DNA of 64,000 nucleotides from a virus (Duplodnaviria; Heunggongvirae; Uroviricota; Caudoviricetes): IMG/VR virus record IMGVR_UViG_3300045988_149737; one strand, 5' to 3'. Shown piece by piece: positions 56,700 to 64,000 of this stretch (position 1 is its first letter; each line of letters starts with the position of its first letter). The notes under the pieces were generated by a model. It saw only the letters and a program-made list of their open reading frames with translations, ran no database searches and was not told where the DNA came from. The position numbers and the translations under genes were made by a program.

Positions 56700-58385
56700 A
56701 TGAATACAGCCCTTTCCATCATCGACGATGCCAACTCAAACACTGCTATCGACTATCGGCAGGAAATGAACGTCATCCACGAAATTGTGGCCGAGTGCGA
56801 GAAAGAGATCGCCTTCATGTATCAGGTACACGACTTCGTTTATGGCGACGAACGCCACAACATGATTAATCGCCTGCTGAGACTAAACCATCGACCAGAT
56901 GAAGATCGCTCGCGTTTAAATCGAGGTTGGTTGGATAAAGTCGATCTGGAATGGGTGAAACAGAATATTTGGGCCGAGTACTGGAGGAAGGTCACGGACA
57001 TGACTAACGTTTTGCTGATCATGCCAGCTTCCCGTCGAGATGAGTGGCGCGAGCAGTTTATAGAGGGCAAACAGGAAGTCATCAAAACTGACAGAACCGG
57101 CTACCAGATGAAGGTTAAAGAGTTCGTTGGTGTACCGGAGTTCAAAGCAGAAACGGTCATACCCACGATGCTTAATTTGCTGAATGACAGGCACAAATAT
57201 CTCTCTGAGCGCGTGTATGGCTTGTTTAAGGCGCTGAGTCCTGCGCACAAGACAAATAAGACAAACGGTTTCAGCGAACGTCTGATAATCGCTGACTGCA
57301 TTTCTGATTTCTGGCGGGACAGCGTTAGTGTGAACTATCGCAAAGAGGACTATATCGACGATCTGCGTGTCTTGCTTCATTTCTTCGCGCACAAAGAATT
57401 TATTACCATCAACCGCACTGCTGAGGTGCTATCAGCTGCGTATCGGGCAAACGACTGCCAGACCGGTGACTGGATGAACGTCGATGGAAATCTGATGCGC
57501 GTGAAGATGTTCAAGAACGGCAACGTTCACTTTGAAATACATCCTGACGTGGCCTGGAAGTTGAATGAGGTGCTGGCTTACAGTATGCCTGCTGCAATCC
57601 CCGCGCCATGTCGCACCGCGCCAAAAACACGGGCACCAAAGCAGTTCGGGTTAATCCAGAAGACGATCTCCGTGCCGGTTCGCACTGCGCTTCGTGACGG
57701 GCGATTGAGCAAAGACAAAGGCGTATGGTACTTCTCTGATTCAGCTCTCCAGAAGTCGCAGGTGGAAGAGCTTGAGCGCACACTGAGCTTCATTGGCGGC
57801 GTGCAGGAGAAAAAGCACTGGCAGTTCCCGTATGACATCGTCCATACGCTAAATACGATTGTGGCTACCGGTTTAATACCGGATACAAAATCACACCAGT
57901 TCTACCCTACCCCACGCTTGATTGCTGAGTACGTTGCCAGAGCCACTGAATTGAAGCCTGGTGAGAAGCTGCTGGAGCCTCAAGCCGGACGTGGGGATCT
58001 TCTGGCCTATATTAACGCCGATCTGGAAGATGTTACCTGCATAGAAATCGCACCTCTCTTCGCTGATATCCTGCGTGGAAAAGGGTATACGAACACGATT
58101 TGCTGCGACTTCATAAAGTGGTCTGAGGACAACGTAGGTTATCAGTTCGACAAAATCGTTATGAACCCGCCGTATTCGCTTGGTCGTCATAGAGAGCACA
58201 CGCTGGCTGCGCTGGGGCATCTGAAAGTCGGCGGGCGTCTTGTAGCAGTATTGCCGGGCACTGCGCCAATACTGGACTGGATGACGATGGATAATTACGT
58301 TTATGCCAGAGGGAAGTCGTTTACCAACGAGTTTGAAGACACAGGGATCACAGTCAGCGTATACGTTTTCAAACGCGTTAAATGA
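56700..58385 (+). CDS. SAM-dependent amino-methyltransferase with large N-terminal domain of unknown function
   Basis: C-terminal motif I EPQAGRGDL and motif IV NPPY (IVMNPPYSLG); 561 aa. Confidence 0.55.
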   Translation: MNTALSIIDDANSNTAIDYRQEMNVIHEIVAECEKEIAFMYQVHDFVYGDERHNMINRLLRLNHRPDEDRSRLNRGWLDKVDLEWVKQNIWAEYWRKVTDMTNVLLIMPASRRDEWREQFIEGKQEVIKTDRTGYQMKVKEFVGVPEFKAETVIPTMLNLLNDRHKYLSERVYGLFKALSPAHKTNKTNGFSERLIIADCISDFWRDSVSVNYRKEDYIDDLRVLLHFFAHKEFITINRTAEVLSAAYRANDCQTGDWMNVDGNLMRVKMFKNGNVHFEIHPDVAWKLNEVLAYSMPAAIPAPCRTAPKTRAPKQFGLIQKTISVPVRTALRDGRLSKDKGVWYFSDSALQKSQVEELERTLSFIGGVQEKKHWQFPYDIVHTLNTIVATGLIPDTKSHQFYPTPRLIAEYVARATELKPGEKLLEPQAGRGDLLAYINADLEDVTCIEIAPLFADILRGKGYTNTICCDFIKWSEDNVGYQFDKIVMNPPYSLGRHREHTLAALGHLKVGGRLVAVLPGTAPILDWMTMDNYVYARGKSFTNEFEDTGITVSVYVFKRVK

Positions 58386-58446
58386 TAGGTAAATACTTAC
58401 CTAATTTGTGTAAGAATGTAGTTACTAAACGATAAGAGAAAAACAC

Positions 58447-59151
58447 ATGAACAACCTCCAGTTAGAGCATTTTAACGTCACAGGCCATTCTGATTTTCCT
58501 TTCAAGTTTACATTGAAAGGTTATGCAGAGGATGCGGTAGGCCAGATCATTATTGATAAAGGCATCGTTAAGTTTGAGGGGGATTTTGATGAATCCGCGA
58601 AAACATTCATAGACTTCGTTGCCAAACGTTGGAGCGAGCAATGGAAAAACCTGGAAAAGCGCGCCAATGAGTTTGATCGGTTCATGGATGCAATGGATAC
58701 AGCAAAAGAGGCTCTTGATGCCGGGACTCCGTTAGATCTGGAGTCACTTTTCAACGGCGAAGTGGCCTCTGCGATGTTTGCCACCATGTTCGCGGGTGAG
58801 TTCGTCCGCAGCGGTGCCAAAAACTACCTTGAGCTGGATTACAACGTCCCTGCAATTGGCGATTTCGTCGTTACCATCCAACGCAAAGAAGGTAAGACGC
58901 CAGGTGAACGCGTCGCAGAGCTTGAGGCCGTTGTGGATCAGCGTAACGGAGAGTGTGACCGTTTGATCAACGAGCTTCATGCACTTCGGGAAGAAAGAAT
59001 ATGCGCGGGTAGTAATACACGTAATGCAGCGGATATCTACTTCCAGTTAGTTGAGGAATGCCAGATTCCACCAGGTGGCTCTCTTGTCGATTACGTAAGA
59101 CATTTAATGGCGGAAGTTAGCTCCAGCCATAAAGATGGTGAGGTGCGCTGA
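58447..59151 (+). CDS. hypothetical protein
   Basis: 234 aa; AAGAGAAAAACACATG context. Confidence 0.45.
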   Translation: MNNLQLEHFNVTGHSDFPFKFTLKGYAEDAVGQIIIDKGIVKFEGDFDESAKTFIDFVAKRWSEQWKNLEKRANEFDRFMDAMDTAKEALDAGTPLDLESLFNGEVASAMFATMFAGEFVRSGAKNYLELDYNVPAIGDFVVTIQRKEGKTPGERVAELEAVVDQRNGECDRLINELHALREERICAGSNTRNAADIYFQLVEECQIPPGGSLVDYVRHLMAEVSSSHKDGEVR

Positions 59152-59531
59152 TGTTTGGCATTGACGCACAGCGTATAGCCGCTTTTGCAAAAAGCCCTCT
59201 TGATAATCCCTTGTCTCGTAGTGAGCAAATGGAGTTGGCAAGGCTTTTTCTTCACATTCAAAAACAGGCAGACATTTTCAATAACATGCCTAATCAACCT
59301 ATTCTGGATGGTCACATCCAGATGGTCATTAACAGTCATGAGAAAGGCTGGGCTGCAATCGTCCCCAGCACAATTACATACAAGTTGGCGAAAGAGGTTC
59401 AAGAGTTTCGAAAAGCCAGTGTCGAATCTGAGTCTACCAAAGCCGCAATAAACACTCTTATTCGCATGGGATTCACATGGAACGGTGGAGCCTACTGGCA
59501 AGCACCTCACCCCATTTTATCCGGCAATTAG
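59151..59531 (+). CDS. hypothetical protein
   Basis: 126 aa; start overlaps previous stop. Confidence 0.4.
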   Translation: MFGIDAQRIAAFAKSPLDNPLSRSEQMELARLFLHIQKQADIFNNMPNQPILDGHIQMVINSHEKGWAAIVPSTITYKLAKEVQEFRKASVESESTKAAINTLIRMGFTWNGGAYWQAPHPILSGN

Positions 59532-59561
59532 ACGCTACAAATCCTTCTGCGTGAATAAATA

Positions 59562-59595
59562 AAGGCCATAAGTTGTGGCCTTAAATAAATTGTTT
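59562..59595 (+). terminator. stem-loop/terminator
   Basis: AAGGCCAtaagttgTGGCCTT followed by AT-rich T-run. Confidence 0.55.
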
Positions 59596-59650
59596 TCTGC
59601 CTTTTCTTATTTGTGAAAATAACCACAACTAGAAAACAACGGAGTTAAGA

Positions 59651-60292
59651 ATGTCTAGTATTTCCGAAGCACATATGTTCGCCGCTGGCGCTCATGGTGG
59701 CGTTGGTCAGAAAAGAAAATATACCGGCGAAAACTACATCAACCACCCGGTTGCTGTCCGAGAGATTGTTGCATTGCATGACGGAACCGTGGAGATGCAA
59801 ATCGCGGCGCTTCTGCATGATGTGGTCGAAGACACCCATGTAACCATAGAGATGGTTCGTGATCACTTCGGTGAGCGCGTAGCTGAAATGGTTCAGGCTC
59901 TGACCAACATTGCAAGGCCAGAAGACGGCAATCGAATACAGCGTTTCATCATCAATGTCCGGGAGCTGGAGCAAAATCTCGACATGCAGACGCGCATGAT
60001 CAAGCTGGCTGACCTGCTCGACAATACCTCTTCTATCGTGAGTCGCGATCCTGAGTTTTCAGCTATCTACCTTGCAGAGAAAGAGCTGATGCTGGACGTA
60101 CTTTTTAACGGGAAGGAGATTGGTGCCAACGCTGATGTTGTCGAGTACATGGAGAGGATAGGTATAGAACACCCGTTGTTATTAAGCGCAAAGGCGAAAG
60201 TCACTGAAGGTATTGCGCTTCTGAAACCGGTACACATCAAACGTTATGAAAAACACAAATCGCTGATCTGGAGCGCGTGGGAGGCTGCATGA
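59651..60292 (+). CDS. small alarmone hydrolase (RelA/SpoT-type HD domain)
   Basis: AHGGVGQKRKYTGENYINHPVAV...AALLHDVVEDT matches the SpoT hydrolase signature H.GQ.RK..GE.YI.HP...AALLHDV.EDT. Confidence 0.7.
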   Translation: MSSISEAHMFAAGAHGGVGQKRKYTGENYINHPVAVREIVALHDGTVEMQIAALLHDVVEDTHVTIEMVRDHFGERVAEMVQALTNIARPEDGNRIQRFIINVRELEQNLDMQTRMIKLADLLDNTSSIVSRDPEFSAIYLAEKELMLDVLFNGKEIGANADVVEYMERIGIEHPLLLSAKAKVTEGIALLKPVHIKRYEKHKSLIWSAWEAA

Positions 60293-60831
60293 AGGTCGAA
60301 AAAATAGATGTTCTTTCCTTTGTGCTGACGGATCTGGAACGCCTCGATCCGGTTCGAGTGATGATTGAAAACTACGAACCTGGTAAGGGAAGAATCACCA
60401 TCACCTGCTACGGAAAAGCGTGGACTGCGGCTTGGTTTGCTATGGGCGGTGATGATGTGCAGACGTTCATTAAGCGAGTTAGCAACGATTATCTAATCGA
60501 CAATTTCGACCCTCAACTGCTAAGCACGGTCGACGATGACAACGATGCAAATCTGCTTTTCGTAAAGTCAGAAATCATAAAGTTACGAAGAGAGAGAGAA
60601 ATAGACGCCGTACTGGCTCGCGAAATGTGGGACGAGGCGGAAAACGCCGATGACGTAAAAGAAAGCTGCTGTTGTTTCGGCGTCGGTAACAAACTGCTGA
60701 ATCTCTTTGGTGATGATCCGTGGTATGCCGACTGGCCAACGGTACCAAACCCGAAATACCAGTATCTGGAACGCATTGTGAACGCGGTACGTGAAGGGCT
60801 GAAAGAGTTAGATAAGTTAGAGGCATCGTAA
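60289..60831 (+). CDS. hypothetical protein
   Basis: ATGA overlap with alarmone hydrolase stop. Confidence 0.4.
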   Translation: MKVEKIDVLSFVLTDLERLDPVRVMIENYEPGKGRITITCYGKAWTAAWFAMGGDDVQTFIKRVSNDYLIDNFDPQLLSTVDDDNDANLLFVKSEIIKLRREREIDAVLAREMWDEAENADDVKESCCCFGVGNKLLNLFGDDPWYADWPTVPNPKYQYLERIVNAVREGLKELDKLEAS

Positions 60832-61274
60832 TGAGAGAGAAAATCAAGAACCCGGTCGTCGTATTGTATAAACGGGAAACCAGCGATTCTTATGCGGTAT
60901 CCATCACTGATGGAAGCCAGAACATGCACGATGGTCTGCTAATGGCCTCCGTATCTCCTGATGATTCTGACTACCCTTTCGCCACTTTCGCTATGGTTGG
61001 TTACTACATGGCTGCCGAAATTGAGAAGTTGCGTGTTGAGCTGGAGACCGTTAAACAGCGGGAAAAGGATCTGTTTATGGAAAATGTTCGACTTAAGTCA
61101 GGTATAGCAGGTCTGATACACCTCGGTATTCGATATGCGGATGTCGAAGTCATGAAAATAGCTGGAGATGCCCAGCTTTCTACTCCCTGTACTGACAGCA
61201 TCATAAACAGTATTGCATCAGGCGTTTTCACCAAAGAGGGTCAGCATGATGAGAACAGTAGAAGTTCGCGCTGA
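60831..61274 (+). CDS. hypothetical protein
   Basis: 147 aa; TAATG overlap with previous gene. Confidence 0.4.
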   Translation: MREKIKNPVVVLYKRETSDSYAVSITDGSQNMHDGLLMASVSPDDSDYPFATFAMVGYYMAAEIEKLRVELETVKQREKDLFMENVRLKSGIAGLIHLGIRYADVEVMKIAGDAQLSTPCTDSIINSIASGVFTKEGQHDENSRSSR

Positions 61275-61434
61275 AGATGTAATCCCAGGTGATGTGGTCA
61301 TAACATCTAAAGGCAAACGATGTGCGGTTAAATCTTTCTGGATGGAAGGTGACAAAGTGACTCTGTTCGGTACAGATGGTTCCGAAACGGATTATGACTA
61401 CGACGAATTGCTTGTTGTTGAGAGAGCTGCCTAA
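61249..61434 (+). CDS. small hypothetical protein
   Basis: Track ORF 61213..61434; internal ATG after AGAGGG. Confidence 0.3.
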   Translation: MRTVEVRAEDVIPGDVVITSKGKRCAVKSFWMEGDKVTLFGTDGSETDYDYDELLVVERAA

Positions 61435-62087
61435 TGACCACCGTTAACAATAAGAAATGCTACCCAAGCGAGAAATATCTTAATGAGCTGATCACCAACA
61501 TTGAGTTTGCTGCAAGGGCACCAGTTGAAGTCGTGAGAGCGATTGCAGCAGAGCTACAGAAGCACCGTAAGGCCTATGCCAATACAGCCGCATCTAAGGA
61601 TGGTTGGATAAGCTGTAGTGAGCGAATGCCTGTAATTGGCGAGCTAAATTGGAGAACTAGTTTTCCTTTACTGGTTACGTGTGAGATCGGCGTTATACCT
61701 GCTTATTACGGCTTTGTGAGCGTTAATGGTGATAGGCATTATGGCTTTATGGAGAGTCTTAAATACGGAGACGATAACGGCAACCATCCTCAAACTAATG
61801 AATATGGTCTGATTAGCAATGTCACACACTGGATGCCACTACCAGAACGCCGCAGGAGTCGAACAGTGAATAATGCAGAGTTATTTCAGAAAATATCGGC
61901 TCTCGCGACTGAATGCCACGCTATAGCATCTGAGCTTGATGTTGGCGATGAACGAACCGAGATGTTCGAAATATACAGTGTGCTGCGCAATCTCTGTCGG
62001 CGTGGCTACGCCACTCAAGTAGGGCGAATGACTAACCCACTACTCTCATCCTGTGATGAGGATGATTCGGATGAGGATGACGAATGA
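61434..62087 (+). CDS. DUF551-like phage protein
   Basis: ISCSERMP...THWMPLPE motif pattern as recalled for DUF551. Confidence 0.45.
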   Translation: MTTVNNKKCYPSEKYLNELITNIEFAARAPVEVVRAIAAELQKHRKAYANTAASKDGWISCSERMPVIGELNWRTSFPLLVTCEIGVIPAYYGFVSVNGDRHYGFMESLKYGDDNGNHPQTNEYGLISNVTHWMPLPERRRSRTVNNAELFQKISALATECHAIASELDVGDERTEMFEIYSVLRNLCRRGYATQVGRMTNPLLSSCDEDDSDEDDE

Positions 62088-62749
62088 TGCATAAATCAGT
62101 AGCCGGTGAGTTTCAGAAGGAAGTCGATAATACTACCGTTCTATTGGACGATATTTTAAGCATTCTCGCGCTTCTTGAGGCTGGCGATTGGTCAGAACAT
62201 TGCACTAAAACAGAGCTAGGCGGTCGGCTTGAAAGAGAGATTACACGACTTATTGGTGATGCGCAGGAAGCTACAGTCACTAGTTATGAGTTAATCGCTG
62301 AAGCCTGGCGTTTGATGGATGGACAAGATCCTAAAACCAGCGATTGGCATAGCAAGGCTTCGAAGTATTTAAATTCCGATAGGGTAGAAAAAGTTGATGA
62401 TGTGAAACCGAAGCCAGTAGACCACGGTTTCCGCGATAACTGCGAATGCTCTAGTTGCCAGACCACGGCCCGTATTTGTTCTGAATTGACAGATAAGTCC
62501 AGCCTAATCTACGAAGTTAATGTAGGCGGTAATACATGGGTCGAATGCACAAGAGCTGCATACGTAAGAGCAAAAGACAAGGGTGAATTAACCAGAGTTG
62601 TTACCAATCACCCAAATAATGAGCTTAAAGATCACCAGATTCGAGAACTGGTGAACGAGTTGAGAGATATTGCGGTTCAGTACCACGGAACGCAGCAATT
62701 GCGGGAGAAGATTGCCAGAGCAGTGAACAACTCAGTCCGTAAAAAATAA
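62084..62749 (+). CDS. hypothetical Cys-containing protein
   Basis: 221 aa; ATGA overlap; followed by stem-loop. Confidence 0.4.
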   Translation: MMHKSVAGEFQKEVDNTTVLLDDILSILALLEAGDWSEHCTKTELGGRLEREITRLIGDAQEATVTSYELIAEAWRLMDGQDPKTSDWHSKASKYLNSDRVEKVDDVKPKPVDHGFRDNCECSSCQTTARICSELTDKSSLIYEVNVGGNTWVECTRAAYVRAKDKGELTRVVTNHPNNELKDHQIRELVNELRDIAVQYHGTQQLREKIARAVNNSVRKK

Positions 62750-62767
62750 GCAATAGTACGATAAAGA

Positions 62768-62790
62768 GGCCCCATGCTCTTGATGGGGCC
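62768..62790 (+). terminator. stem-loop after operon
   Basis: GGCCCCATgctcttgATGGGGCC; no U-tract. Confidence 0.45.
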
Positions 62791-63188
62791 TGTAGCAACT
62801 AGCGTTATGGACGCTGGTTTACGTACTCAATGATCGCTTTGATAATCGCGAACATCGGCGGCACGATTTTGAACAGTAAGTTAACCATAACAGGCCTCAC
62901 TTAGTTTTATCGCGCCTAGCTGCAAATACCTTTGGGCTTGCCTTTGCAGTTGCAATATCTGTAGTCGCCAGATACTTACGGCACGATTTCGAGTTAAGGT
63001 AAGGTTTTAGAGTCACCAAAAACCTGGACTTAAATCTTCTTTGAGAACAACGATGTTTAGTAAATGGTCATTATTACCTGGTATGACCACTCAACGCTTC
63101 TTGATGAATCCAGTACATTCGGTTAATCTTAATTCAGTCGCCAGATACTTATGGCTCAGGAACAGAGACGCAAACTCTGTTTCCTTTT

Positions 63189-63219
63189 AAAAAGCCCAGC
63201 CTAGTCAACTGGGCTTTTT
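63189..63219. terminator. bidirectional rho-independent terminator inside ORF-free region
   Basis: AAAAGCCCAGcctagtcaaCTGGGCTTTTT. Confidence 0.7.
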
Positions 63220-63516
63220 AACGTCTGTTTTTTAACCCAACACACCCTCAATACTGCAACATCAGTGTCTTGCAACCTAAGATAGTGTCTGTAGGTTCTT
63301 CATGCAAGTGCATAACTCAGTGGATAACTCATGAAGGAAAAAGTAGCTTCCGCGCAATTTAGACCAGACAAGGTCTTCGCAAAAGTCAACGGAAAGAGAA
63401 AAATTTGTTAAAAATAACGTTTGTTGGAATTGTATATATTTATGCCTTTCAATAGTTAGCATCTTATTAACATCTTTTTTAAGAGATAGAGTTCAAAAAT
63501 ATATAGCTTCAACATA

Positions 63517-63536
63517 TACTGTATGTATATACAGTG
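63517..63536 (+). promoter_or_regulatory. LexA (SOS) box
   Basis: TACTGTATGTATATACAGTG matches CTGT-N8-ACAG; 16 bp upstream of the UmuD'-like start. Confidence 0.7.
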
Positions 63537-63552
63537 TTAAGAGGCGAGTATT

Positions 63553-63942
63553 ATGGGCTTCCCTTCTCCTGCGGCGGATTATGCTGAGAGCCGTATTTCT
63601 CTTGATCAGCAGATAATTAGACATCCTTCAGCGACCTACTTCATGAGGGCAGCTGATAGTCATCATCGTGAGGGAATATTACAGGGTGCATTGCTGGTGG
63701 TCGATTCCTCACTTACCCCGGTTGATGGTTCTCTGCTTGTATGCGCTCTGGATGGGGAATATCGCGTAAAAAGATACCGGAAGTATCCACGTCAGCATCT
63801 GGAGGATTTAAGAACCGGTAAGAAGGAAGCATTGCCAAAGGATGACGATGGATGCACGGGCAGCAATGCCGTGTTTGGTGTGATCACTCACATTATCAAC
63901 GACGCAAGAAGTGGCGAGTTTGATGATTGTCCCGTGATGTAG
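63553..63942 (+). CDS. humD: UmuD'-like protein starting at the processed N-terminus (P1 HumD-like)
   Basis: MGFPSPAADY...HPSATYF...VKR parallels UmuD from its Cys24/Gly25 cleavage site; in-frame TAA at 63538-63540 excludes a longer N-terminus. Confidence 0.65.
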   Translation: MGFPSPAADYAESRISLDQQIIRHPSATYFMRAADSHHREGILQGALLVVDSSLTPVDGSLLVCALDGEYRVKRYRKYPRQHLEDLRTGKKEALPKDDDGCTGSNAVFGVITHIINDARSGEFDDCPVM

Positions 63943-63952
63943 GAGAACTGAT

Positions 63953-63980
63953 TAGGCGGTGCATTGCACCGCCTTTTTAT
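63953..63980 (+). terminator. rho-independent terminator
   Basis: AGGCGGTGCattGCACCGCCT then TTTTTAT. Confidence 0.75.
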
Positions 63981-64000
63981 CACACTGCGCGGAATGCGAT

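Overview
This 64 kb window reads as part of a temperate phage-plasmid: a P1-type plasmid replicon and partition system joined to a T4-like DNA-metabolism and recombination module, consistent with SSU5/pHCM2-type elements (from memory, not searched). Coding is almost entirely on the + strand in tightly coupled operons. It opens with the 3' end of a structural gene and a lysis cassette (endolysin candidate plus overlapping spanin pair). The replication block has a DnaB-like helicase, primase, ATP-dependent ligase, DnaE-type polymerase, DnaQ-like exonuclease, gp32-like SSB, flap endonuclease, RNase HI, and an SbcCD-like nuclease and RuvC-like resolvase. The nucleotide block has NrdAB, ThyA, DHFR, a kinase and glutaredoxin. 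The RecA-like recombinase is interrupted in its P-loop by a 422-aa LAGLIDADG intein. The plasmid side comprises a RepA gene flanked by 22-bp-phased iterons, DnaA boxes and a GATC cluster, a type Ib ParA/RHH pair, and a tyrosine recombinase beside a 13-7-13 lox-like site. Four tRNAs (Asn, Tyr, Thr, Ser) sit among a family of long hairpins with conserved CACAACG/CGTTGTG ends. The few minus-strand genes are moron-like: a GNAT/RHH toxin-antitoxin pair, a GIY-YIG protein, an HTH regulator and a possible second TA-like pair. Other notable items are a YafO-like toxin with an atypical upstream partner, a small alarmone hydrolase, a LexA-boxed UmuD'-like gene, a 480-bp ORF-free structured region upstream of rnhA, and two dispersed palindrome families. 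All family assignments rest on motifs read by eye; no database search was run.
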